From contig JALDZS010000171.1 in assembly GCA_022813965.1 (NCBI GenBank), forward strand, positions 1-50,301: a stretch of 50,301 bases of DNA, given 5' to 3'. Every line of letters begins with the position of its first letter. Positions within the stretch are counted from its first letter, which is position 1. The position numbers and the translations under genes are program-made. This document shows positions 9,845 through 22,007 of this stretch, piece after piece. Under the pieces are notes generated by a model. The model searched no databases. It saw nothing but the letters and a program-made list of their open reading frames with translations, and was not told the origin of the DNA. The DNA comes from Toensbergia leucococca. Taxonomy: Eukaryota.

Positions 9845-10150
9845 ATGTGCACCGCACAGTTTTCGAAGTCTCGCAAATGCGGACACCAATGGGTACGGAT
9901 CGTGGAGCCTTGTGCAGAAGGCCGCAATTTCAGCAATTGTGAGTCATTCAAGGATGGTCGAGCTCGTGGACCGGAGCAATACGGGGTTATGGCTCCGCCT
10001 GGATCGTGCCCTAGGTGCGATTTAAAGGACAATTACGACCCGAACACTATACGAACGATCAAGAGTATCGAAAAAGGTATCAAATGGGGAACCAGCCCAA
10101 GCAGGTCGAGCGCGGGCGTGGATTGCTTTTGCTGTTGTACAGTCATGTGA
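9845..10150 (+). CDS. Small cysteine-rich hypothetical protein (101 aa) with C-terminal CAAX box
   Basis: MC...KCGHQW...PC...NC...SCPRCD pattern; ends DCFCCCTVM*. Confidence 0.75.
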   Translation: MCTAQFSKSRKCGHQWVRIVEPCAEGRNFSNCESFKDGRARGPEQYGVMAPPGSCPRCDLKDNYDPNTIRTIKSIEKGIKWGTSPSRSSAGVDCFCCCTVM

Positions 10151-10803
10151 TGGTTGTGAGAGTTCAAGGAACCGGCGTCCTGTCAAAATCGAAGACGTCT
10201 AAACTGGTTGGGTAGTGCGAACAGACATCTTGGGTGGTGGTTTTCCAATCGATGTGTAGGCGCTTATAGCTCGATGGGGATTTGATCGATAGAGATCTTG
10301 CACTTACCAATGTAACAATTAGGTAGAGAATCATAGTCATTAATTATTTGACTCGTTCTCGAGGTCGGGTTCTGCCTTGAAGATTTTCAAATTCCTCCTC
10401 TCGAGGATAGAATAGGTGCTCGTTAGTATGATCCTTCATACGAGTGTCAATACGCATGAATGAGAGATAGCAGTATTCAAATCGAAGTGAGAAGAGTCTC
10501 TACTAATAGAATAAGCATCTTCCATCCTTTCAGGGGTCTTGCTAGAATAGCGCTAGTGGTTGCTGTGGAGCTCGGCCGGAGCAACGTTCAACATCGAGTA
10601 TCTGACTCGGCTCATGAATTGTTAATCGTGGTGCGAGTGTTGGTGAAGATCATAATTCACAGGCCTTATGGATTAAACTCCTTCAATGTACTGACTCACG
10701 CCATGATCTGGAAAGTCTGCTGTTGCCCATGTTCCATAACTAAAAAGCTGCCTTGGCGTGAGACATACCAAGCCCACACATTGATCGAAGCAACTACGCA
10801 GTC

Positions 10804-13800
10804 ATGACATTCAACGTTTATTCCAACCTCTCAACTATCCCCTCGTCGAGTGAGCAATTATCTATCGTTGTCAATGAAAATGTCGAGCCAGGTCCTATTC
10901 TCATTCAGCCATCAAACCATCCCCCTCTACCTTATGAATCGAGTGCTTCTGGCTACGACATCTCAGCATATACGCAAGAGCGTTCTCAAATATCTGAGTC
11001 GCTCGATTCTATAGCAGTAAGAGAGAAGAAGTCGAGAGTGTTGAAAGGCAAGGAAAAAGAGTGGACAAGCGTGGTCGAGAAGAAACGGCCTCTTCGGCTT
11101 CTAGACTTGCCTGTGGACGTCTTGAAAGAGATTATAAAGGAGGTCAGGAAAAGTAGCAATATCGCCTAGAGCTTCTCTCGGATTGACTATGATCACAGGT
11201 CACTCATACTAATGACCTTACGTCGTTAGCCTTAACGCATTCCGCTCTCCACAATCTGGCGATACCTTATATCTATTCGCGCTTCGATATCGTGTGGCCG
11301 GATGCACACAACACCGCCGAGCCTCGCACAGGCGTAGATGCTCTCACATATGGGTTAGGTACACTTGTCATGGGAGAAGAGGTCTTTGGAAACACGTCGA
11401 CTTCTAATACTGTTGGATTACATCGAGACTATACATGCAATCATTGTGGATCAGTCAATAGCTCAAACAACGCTCCCGTTGGGTCATCGAACCGACTGCA
11501 AAGGCGGCGAAGAGGGAATTATTTTTCTCAATTTACTCGGAAGTTTTCTCTTGGCAATGGGCCTTCTGAATGGGTTCAAGAGTACCTTATTGCTAAGGAA
11601 GGTGGCAAAATGTTGGGAACTCTGGTTGCCTTAGCCGTGGCTCGTATGCCCAACCTCGAAACGTTCGTCTGGGACATGCCAACAGGAGTTCTGCGGGACG
11701 TATGGCTGGCCCTGTCGTCGCTAGGGGACAGCTGGAACGGGCAGGAGTCGAGATTGGAAAAATTATGGATTCGATGGCATAACAACAGGGACGTGGCTCT
11801 GGGATCTGGCACTCAGCAGCCGACTGCAGTACCACTACCTCCACCAGCATCATTAGGCCCTGCAACAAACTCTCCATCGCAGCCTGGTTACATCGGCAAT
11901 GAAAATTCTTCGAATGCGAGCCAGGGTCCGACAATACTTGAATTGTCCTACCGACATGTCGAATACCCTAGCTTCTCTATACTTCCTCCATTGAAAAGCT
12001 TAACCGTTTTGGACATCGATGAGCCGGCATATCTTGAGGAGATGAGTGTGCTTATAGAACGCTCCCTAGACCGCATGCGTGAGTTACGAATTGGGGTTTC
12101 CTCGAGTGTCTCGGGCACTAGCTTCTGGTCGTCAACAGTTCCCAACGATACCTTTCCACCATCCAGTCACGACTCGAGCATCGGCTTTCTGGAATCTGGA
12201 GGAGTGCTGGGAATGATCATGAGTAAGATTTATGATTGTCGCATTCAAAAGTGTCCCCTTAGTGTGGTCGTCCGAGAGACCCACACAGATGCCAAGCCTA
12301 TTAGCTCGAACAACGACATTCATGTTAGTCCCAATCAAGTGTACGAATCAACCGTAACGTCTTCGAATGCAATTGCGCCGAACCACCACCCCCTTTCGTC
12401 TATAGCTGATGTTGCCTTATCACATTTGCTAAAGCCTGGGTCTCTTGATACTTTAGAGCCAGACCTGAATGACCGTGGGTTGAGAAGTTCTAGCCCCACG
12501 GCTACTAACGCAAACCGCAACGACCTCTTAAGCTATGCCCCTATTCCAGCATCTACCGTTAGAGATCCTCGAGAAAATTCCGATGTACTTGCTTCTTCGA
12601 TTTATAGTCTACCCCTGGAACATGCCGATTTGGATAGCACCATGGTTGATCATCAGTACAGTCAGCTGGCTGGAAGTGGACGACGAGGTGGCGATTCCGA
12701 GATCTCCATGACACACCAAGCGGCTCCTGCGATTCCAATCCCCCCGAAGCCAAGAAAGTTACGATTAGCTGTACTAGAGATGGAGAGGGTTTCAATGAAC
12801 GTGCTTGTACTACAGAAGACAATCGATTGGTCCATAATTACCAGTTTGACACTACTTCATTGTGGATCGCATGAGCAGCTTTGGAAGGCTCTTAGGCGGA
12901 TGTACTCGCCTCGGTCCAGCTCCATATTATTGCCACAGTCGTCACAGCCTGTACATAAACGAAATCTGCAGCCCCGCTTGCGGCATGCCTCGTCGCAGGA
13001 TACACAACCCTTTTCTTCTTCGGATTATCGACTGAACCTCAAAAAGATACACACCAATACCGTCTCACCTGCTCTCATATCATTCCTCAAAGAGACCCTC
13101 GCTCCGAATAGTCTTCAATGGATGTTTCTCCAAGAAGGTGGATCGTATGCATCATCTGTTACTATCGATACGATATATCGCGGCCCATTGCGTCGTCATC
13201 GAGGAAGCCTAAAAAAAGTTATGATCGACAGCACTGACGGCATCTCGGATAGCCGTGCACGAAACCAGAAGTGGAGGAAATGGATGTTCAATCGCGAAGT
13301 CTTGTCGTTTGTCACTAGCGGTAAGATGAGCACTTTGAAAGAGCTTGGAATGGCAGTCGACTATAAAGATTGGGTTTGTGATATTCCTGTTGTTGTCTCG
13401 TAACGGAGTCAGGTTGCTAACTCATTTTGCAGCACCTGTTCTTGCAAAGACTACCTCAGATCCCACAACTTCGGTCTCTTTATGTGTCTCATATTGCAGA
13501 CCATGTTTATGCGCATCATTTAGACCCAAAGGAACTTGCATTACAAGTGATGGACATTGTTGCGCTTCGACCAGACATTGAGCTCTGTTACATGGGTATA
13601 TCAAATAAATGCTTCGAAATTCTTGAGAATAAGAATTCTGATGATTCGGTTTCTGCATTCCATGACTCGACTACGAGTGCTGCCAATGCGGGGCCTGGTG
13701 GCGTGGCGACAGGTGGTGCAGACGAAGATAGTGAAGCCGACGATGATGATGATGATGAAGATGAGGATGTAGATGACAACGTTACTGACGAAGCCGCAGC

Positions 13801-13984
13801 GGCTGCACCTTTGGTGGACCCAGAGGATACGGAGTCGGATGCTGGGGAAGACAGCCTTGGCGATTCGGAAGACGATGCGTTTCAGTTGGAGGATGGAAGG
13901 AAAAAGCCAAGACTGAAACTTCGGGAGATACTATTCTATGACGACAAGGTATCAATCTTCAAAGCAAGACACGGACGACTATAA
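10804..13984 (+). CDS. F-box domain protein (~1020 aa); exons 10804-11142, 11199-13373, 13433-13984
   Basis: F-box LLDLPVDVLKEIIKEV/THTNDLTSLALT; LRR-like segments (MPNLETFVWD, LKSLTVLDI); acidic tail; the two GT-AG introns restore the frame. Confidence 0.88.
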
Positions 13985-14522
13985 CGATTGGAGGGACTTC
14001 TATTTCAAGCGTGGCGCCTGGCGATAAGGCAAGATGCTTTATGGGGTAGAAAAACCCCTTTGCACATGATCCAAACTAGCTAGTGGACATAATCACATAC
14101 TTGACTTATTTAATGGCATTGTTAGCCAATGCTCTCTCTTTCTTTCTACGAGTCAAAAGTCAGATGATGCTTGGACGTAGGGAACAACAATTGATTAACA
14201 ACATCGATATCGAACGAGTGATAGTACATTCCTGTTTTCAATATGTAATATTGAAGTGCAACCAAGCTTTCTGATATTACAAGTCACATAAGTGCGCTAG
14301 TTACGTAGCGTACTCGTACGAGTATTACACTCATCGTCATTATCCGCCAATAGTTGTTCTGCTTCTTTCACTAATCCGTGATACGTATTAACTTCGCGAA
14401 ATCCATCCTGCATTCATTTACCTGGATCACGAGCTTAGTAACTATGGTTTCTGGATAAGAACATTCTTTCAATCGAGATATACGCAAGCCGTCTAGGTCT
14501 CTGGTCCGCCCGATTTCCCCAC

Positions 14523-16979
14523 ATGGCACATGCTCAGCAGCAAGGGCACGCTTCCCAGCAGACGCGTTTGGACAATCTACCATTCGGTGGATTTGCCGCC
14601 GCGAGACCTGTCATATTGTCAATTGCAAAGCTGTTCATGCTTGGCATCGCTGGTTTGCCAATTCTACAAGCTGCACCAACAAGACATCCACCCTTTTCAA
14701 TCATACTAGAGGAAGATGAAGACGGGGCCATACCACCGGAAAACCCGACTTTATGGATCTACTTGGCTGTTGCTGTAGGACTTGTACTTCTTGGTGGTGC
14801 CTTTGCAGGCTTGACAATAGCTCTTATGGGACAGGTGAGCTGCCAGTGTCGCGATTGCAATTTCACCAATTGATCTCTTCTTAGGACGAAATCTACTTGC
14901 AAGTCATCAAAACATCCGGTGATGGCGCTGAGAAGAAGCACGCCTCCAAAGTTCTTAGACTGCTGAAACGAGGAAAACATTGGGTGCTTGTGACTTTGTT
15001 ACTTGGCAACGTCATTACCAACGAGACTCTCCCTATTATACTTGATCGTTCTCTCGGTGGCGGGTGGCCTGCTGTACTGGGAAGCACTGTCTTGATTGGT
15101 ATCGTCGAAGTCATACCTTCCACAACGTTACGAGCACTGCTAATATTCCGGTAGTCATCTTTGGGGAAATTATACCTCAATCGATTTGCGTTCGCTATGG
15201 TTTACCGATCGGTGCCTGGATGTCTCCCCTTGTTGTCATCCTTATGTATATACTAGCGCCTGTGGCATGGCCTACAGCAAAATTACTCGACTGGCTTCTA
15301 GGGGAAGACCATGGTACAACATATAAAAAGGCTGGTCTTAAGACTCTCGTTACCCTGCACAAAACTCTGGGTATGGCAGATGAGCAATTGAATTCGGACG
15401 AGGTCACCATTATCACCGCTGTTCTTGACCTAAAGGAAAAGCCTGTTGGAAGTATAATGACACCGATGGCCGATGTCTTTACAATGTCCTCGGATACAGT
15501 CCTTGACGAGGACATGATGGATGAAATCCTGTCTGCTGGCTATTCACGAATACCAATCCATACGCCAAATAATGAGCGAGACTTTGTAGGTATGCTTCTG
15601 GTCAAAATGTTGATCACTTACGACCCCGACGATGGTACTTGTGTCTCGGAATTTGCTTTAGCAACGCTACCAGAGACCAGTCCAGAAACCAGTTGCCTCG
15701 ACATCATGAACTTTTTTCAAGAAGGCAAATCGCACATGGTGTTAATTTCCGAGTTTCCTGGAACGGATTCTGGTGCGCTTGGTGTGGTTACTCTCGAGGA
15801 TGTCATTGAGGAGCTAATTGGCGAGTATGTATAATAGATACAATTCCTGTTCGTTCTTAATACTAACAAACGAACAGAGAGATTATTGACGAGTCTGACG
15901 TCTTCATTGACGTTCATAAAGCAATTCGTCGCATGACTCCCGCACCGAGATTGAAGGTTCCAAAGGGAGAAGTCGTTACGGAACCGAGCGGCAATGTAGG
16001 TGCTGCAGAAGAGAACCTCATCGACATGAGCGAAGACAAGAAAAACCACGATGAGGGCTCGCGTGGCGACAAGAATCATGGTGGTCGTACGATCAAGGCC
16101 AATGGTAGGGATGCGGAGTCTGGAGCCTCGCCAAAAACAATTTCTCTTCTCAGACGCCCTTCCAGTACTGCAGGTGCTTCCGATAGAGAGGGTGGGCCAA
16201 AACGAGCAAACACTCAGCCCATGCGCGGAAACATCAAGCATCTAGGGCCCTCGAATCTTGCCAGTCGACCTCGACAGACTCGATACAACACCGTAAAGAT
16301 CAAACCTGGGGGCGGTACGCTAAAAGACGGTATCGTCAAGAGCCAAGAGCCCTTGGAAACCCCAAGGCGCGAATCAATGTCTGCGGTACCTCAAGGAGGG
16401 GTTGGTGCCGGTCTGCTGAGTTCAGCTGGTAAAGAGGCAAGTGATGGCGTCCTTGCTATCCACACAGGCTATGGCACTATGGACCGGACACCACCAACGA
16501 CACCAAAAGCATCAGATAATCGAAGTAAAGGGTATCGGGCAGATGAAATGGACTCTCCCACCCCTCAACAAGGCGAAGGCGGGAGAGGGGGTCGAGATAA
16601 GTTCCAAAGGCCGAAGGCAATCCGTTCAAATAGTACACAGTCGACAAGCACGGTTGGATCGATGCACAGCCGTAATGGAAATGAGATCAATTCTCCGAGG
16701 CGTAAGAAGGGCATTGCAAGATCGGGCAGTATCACAGAGAACATCATTGAGGCTGGTGGGATCAAGAAGGTAGTTCTCGAGACAACAAGCAGCTCGGAAG
16801 ACGCTGAAGGCAAAGCGAACGGCGACGAAGAAGCAGGAGGAAACAAGGAGAATAGCGAAGCGAAAAACGGTGATGGGGTATCACAAGGCGGGAAGAAGAA
16901 AAGAAGACGAAAGAGGAAGAAGGGTGGGAAGGATGACGATGGGGGTGTACCACTACTAGAACGAGACGAGTCAGGGTAG
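14523..16979 (+). CDS. MAM3: CNNM/DUF21 + CBS-pair membrane protein (Mam3-like); exons 14523-14834, 14885-15098, 15155-15824, 15878-16979
   Basis: [84 protein letters not shown]. Confidence 0.93.
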
Positions 16980-17483
16980 AACATGCAGAGAGCATGTCTC
17001 AAGAGTCTCGTTTACGATTGTATCTCATTAGAAGCTCATTCGATGAGCATGTCTGAGAGACTGTAATATCAATACCTGGCATCATAGCCATCAGCGTGCG
17101 ACATTTAGTCTATCGACGCAGCCAAAGGGCCAGAGTAGAAACATTCCTAGCAAGTTTTGCAAGATTTATTTGCCCCTCCAATCTCTTTTTCTTCAAGAGC
17201 ACGCGTGTAGCCATTTAACCAAGCTCAAAAACGAGTACCTACTCATAAGGTAGGTATGGTGTCGTAGTGTCAAGTGGCTTGACATGCGGCTATTTAGAAT
17301 GGCAGACCCTGTGCCCAACGTCATACTCACCCACCGCTATATGTGCCCCCACCAGTCTCAAATTGCCCTCCGTCTCCCATAAATTACACGGCCCATCCCC
17401 TCGAACCTTGATCTTTCTCCGCGTCTTCGTTTCCAGAGATATGCTCTCTATCACCACACGATAGCTGACCTACTTCTGCAAAC

Positions 17484-20466
17484 ATGTCCGAGTCAGATGA
17501 GCCCGAGGCTCCGTCACATGCCTTGACTGACCTCCTTGCTGCTCAAAGGAATCATCTTTCAACTGCCCAGCTTCCCACATGGGTCTTTCCTTCCAGAGCC
17601 TCACCTCCGCCGCCTCCTACACAGTCCTCTTCCGCCGGTGCTACATTCACCATATCTACTAATTCCCGCCGCCATACTCCCTCAATACCAGAGCTCGATC
17701 TTGCAACCCATGCAGCTCCCGTACAGCAATCTTCCCTTTTCAACACCCCAAATCGTTCCATATTCTCATCTGGACCTCCAACCTCCTCGATATCCGCCAA
17801 TACGGCACAAGCCTCAATGAGTGCCCCGTCACCTGTGAATTCATCCCGCCCCTTGTCAGCCCTGAACGCTCCTCCGAGCAATACCAGGCGCTCCGTCCAT
17901 TATCAAAGTGATGGCCCCTCCTCCTCTCGCAAATCTCGAATCCCTAGAGCGGAGAAAGACGTGGATGACCCATCAACACCCGAGCGTACAACGTCAGATG
18001 ACAGAAGAGGCACCAGCACTCCAACTGCACTTACAAGGCTTTTTGCTGCTCCAGAGGCTACTACTCCTACAGTCTCACGGCATGCTTCCTACATCAGGTC
18101 ATCCAGTGGGACGCCATACACCAGAGGTAGGTAGCCAAGATGTCTTGTCCTTTTGGAATGGTAGAATAACCGTCTTTATAGCATCTCCCTTCGAGACGGC
18201 ACCCTTGGCCAGCCATCTGTATGATCGTGGCTTGTTGAATGGCAGACACTCGGATATCACAGTCCATGTGTTCGGCACAAAGTATTCGTTGCACCGTCTG
18301 TTGCTTGACCGCGCTCCATTCTTCTCATCTGCGCTTTCCGAGCCATGGTTTGAAAGCTCATCCAGAGAGATTTCTCTCCATCCTGAGGATATTGACCACA
18401 ACATTACTCAGGCTGCTTTTGAGTTGGCGTTAAAGAGGTTGTACGGCTGTGGTATCGCAGGGGAAGAAGATGCAGAAGCCATTGGCCTCTTTGCTACAGG
18501 GTGCTGGCTAGAGATGACTGACCTGATTGAGGCTAGTGTTTCCTCCATTCTGCGACAAATGTCCCCAGCTCGTTTAGCGCCCTTGGTACGCTTGGTCACC
18601 AGTAATTATTATGGCAAACCTGGAGATAGAATTCTTGCATCAGCAAAGGCTATGCTTTGCCGTGAAGGTTGGGAGATGCCTCTTCGGTACTGGGACGGAA
18701 TTGCAGGCGATATTGTGAGGGAGATAATCGGCAGCGATGGCTTCTTTGTTCCCGGAGAATGGGAGAGATGGGTTATTGCAAAAAGATTGTTGGATAGGAG
18801 ACTAAAAGCACGAGCTGTCGAAGCTGGTTTCTTTGACGCGGACGGGAAATGCAAGCGTGCACCACCTGACTCTATGAACCTTCTCGCTATAAGATTTGAC
18901 GCAGTCTACCGCAAGAACTCGGTTTTCAGCAATCGACAGATTCCAGAGGCGTACGACTCATGGCTAGCTATCTATACATCTCCTGACGTGGCAGCTTTGC
19001 TGGTCTTGCTTGACGAGGGCATTCATTATCTTCATCTCAGCTTCGAACAACTACAAAGGATCCGCGACCAACGTGATGTGCTGGGCCTTCCTCTTATGCC
19101 AGATAAAGTGATATCAAACGCTTTGTGGATGTCAATGGAGCTCCGTCAGAAGATAATGAACGCCAGAGAGCTCGATATGGAACTTGGTTTTAGTCATCTC
19201 TCTGAAGATGTTTCGGCGGATTTGACTCCAGGTACGTCCACCACTGGTAGTGATAAAGGCAAGGGAACCGAGTCGGAAAGTTGTGCAGCGAAGGAGGACG
19301 ATATGGAGTCCGGAAGCTGGGACGGAAATGGAAAGCCTCGCAAGTTTTGGATCCCAAGTTCTGATTCGACCTCCGTTATGGGTGGTAATCCAGATGCGAT
19401 TGCTGCCGCCGCTAATGGTACCCGGCCTTACACAACTAGACACATCTCACGTTTTTCTGCTTCCATAGATCCGCAAGACGTTCAATGGGCGTCAGACTTC
19501 GGAGGCTCTATCAACGAAAGACCGCAAACACCTGGTCAATCAGTCACGACTGAGCCCACTCCACCTATCTCATACACACATTATCCTCCGTTTCGATTCT
19601 CTGCGGAATTTCCAAATCCAAGGCACCTGAAAGAAAAGAAACGTGTATACTCCCGCACAGTCTGGTACGCTGGAAGCTTGTGGAACGTTTACATACAAAA
19701 AGTTGAGACACCTAAGAATACGCAATTGGGCGTCTATTTACATCGGGCAAAGGAGAAAGAAGGGTCTGAAGATATGTTTGCTGCTACTCATAATTCGGTC
19801 GACGAGCGAATTGGGCATCTGGAGCGTGAAATGCTCATGCACGAGCGACGAAGCGATTACAGAAGTGAGCATCGTAGTCGGCGACAACAGCAGGGAGACG
19901 CCAGAGCAGATGCAGAAGACGACACCGGTGGATCCAGCGGCGACCCGGATGCCACACTTGTGTCCGCTTCCTCTGCAGGGCCTTCAAGACCTACCGCAAT
20001 CAGTAGTCTACTCCGAGGCGACGGTATAATGAAGGCCTCCCAGTCGCCAGGTACTCTGACACTTTCCAATCTTCCCGATCGCGCACGCGGAACATCTAAC
20101 ACAGACTCGGACGAAGATAACGATGAGCTCACCGAGTCGAGCAAGAGACTCAAGATTTCCACAATGCCTCCTTACATTGATGGACGGCCGACCATCAGGA
20201 CATACTTCAAGATTTACTCGCCGAGCAAGGGCGGCCGGATGCTGAGTGTGTATGAAAGTGCCCCTGATCGATTCAATTTCAGTCAGAGCTGGGGGTGGAA
20301 GAGTAGCACGATGATTTTGGATGATAGGTTGTTGGGGTACGAGGAGGGAGGAAGGAGTAAGGATGGGAGGTTGAGGTTCATGGTCGTTATTGGTTGGTAT
20401 TCCCTGATTTTGATTATTTGAGGGTTTTCGCATGGTTGCTAATGTTGGTGTGTAGGTAACGTGTGA
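17484..20466 (+). CDS. Fungal BTB/POZ-domain protein with C-terminal MATH-like region; exons 17484-18126, 18182-20392, 20456-20466
   Basis: BTB start SDITVHVFGTKYSLHRLLLDRAPFF; C-terminal PPFRFSAEF, WYAGSLWNVYIQK, QLGVYLHR, SQSWGWKS; disordered S/P/T-rich N-terminus. Confidence 0.88.
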
Positions 20467-21046
20467 TGAGGCTATGACTAGAAGCATGCTTCGGTATGGT
20501 AGAGTAGGCTATGGCTATGCTCCTTTTTTCCCTTGGGCTAGCTTGGAGCTGTGTAGTGATGGTGATGGCCCTTTCTATGTTTTCGAGCATTCTAGCGTAC
20601 CGAGCGAGCTAGCTCTGCCCACTTTATCTTGACCCTTTGTTCGTGCATTCTGGCCGGGTCTACATTGCTGGAGTTACCTATTGGTGCTAGTGATAGGCTC
20701 CTCCATCCATTCAATCTGTCTTCCTTGCTTTGGAAAAGTAGCATGACTATATTCTCTCATTCGCTATCCTCACGCTCGTCCCATGTCTTCTGCCTTGTAG
20801 AGGGTTTTTGAACCATCTTCAGAAGGCTCTCCATACTCTCCCTTCCAACCTTAAACCTCTCGATCCCTTCAGTGAATTCTTAGAAGTCCTTTCATAATCT
20901 CTTTTACTCTCATGTATGAAAATAACTCCTTTTGATTAGGTAGGAGAGATGGAATTGACATTTTGATTTCCAGAGTTGGGGGGGGAAAAAACGGCCTAAA
21001 TCTTGTTCCAAACCACCACCCCCACCCCTTTTCTCACCCAAACTAT

Positions 21047-21067
21047 AAAAAAAAAAAAAAAAAAAAA
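21047..21067 (+). repeat. Poly(A)21 tract
   Basis: Directly visible homopolymer. Confidence 0.95.
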
Positions 21068-21264
21068 CACTTATTTCTGGGGATAGGGATGAGATAATTA
21101 GAACAAATATATTATAGGAGTTCAGCAAGATGCATATGATTTATCCTCTCTCCCCCCCCGGCTCCACAAACAGGACGGAAAACCCTATATTTCGTATCGC
21201 GAGGCAAAGAGCAAAGCAGCCATTACGGCCCCCCGCTACAGTCGGCAACCCATCACAACCCCAG

Positions 21265-21293
21265 CCGCAACCGCAACCGCAACCGCAACCGCA
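21265..21293 (+). repeat. (CCGCAA)n microsatellite, ~4.8 copies
   Basis: CCGCAA x4 followed by CCGCA. Confidence 0.95.
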
Positions 21294-22007
21294 CTCTCCA
21301 ACAACCATAATCCACACTAACCCTCTTGCGGGTTGAGGTAGCGTGCGGCAGAGGGAGCGGGTGAAGAGGGGACGGCGGGGAACTGGGGGCGGGGGCGGAG
21401 GGGCTGGGGTTGGGTCAGGCGGTTGGAGGTGAGAGAGGTCGGTGCGGGGAGAGGATGCTTATTTTTTGGGTTTTGGGGAGGGGGTGAGGTTGCCGAGATG
21501 TTGGGGAGTGAGTGAAGGGGAGGTTGAGGGGGAGGTGGAGTGGAAAGAGCCCAGCGCATCGCCGGTCTTGACGGCATAAAAAAGCTAGGGGGTTTGGGGG
21601 TCCGGAGATGGAAAAGAGGGGGATATGGCTTTTTTGGAGAAAAGATGAGATTTTTTTTCTTAGCTGTTTGTTTGGGTTCCGGATTTCCTAACCCCCTGTT
21701 GCATTTTGGCGTTTTTTTTGAGATTCTTGACCGGCAGGCAGCATGATCGAGATTCAGCCACCATATTTCCTACAATGGAGCATATTGCACGATTGAGCGG
21801 CGAAGCACCACGGATTAGATACGTGTGCAACGCTTTCCCAATCGAGCAAACGCATTTCAGGATTGGCTCAAGCAGGCGAGCATGCACGCTAGCTTTGATG
21901 TCGAGTCTGGGTCCAAGCTACAGAATAAGATCAGTACGAGTCAAGGCACATTGCTTTTGAAAGATCCGGCTATCTCTTATGCTACAAACGAGATCGATCG
22001 AGACCTT

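Noticed and set aside
10460..10807. 115-aa ORF whose stop overlaps the F-box ATG (ATGA)
   Set aside because: No recognisable protein features; the region contains intron-like signals (TACTGAC) suggesting 5' UTR; the overlap is likely chance.
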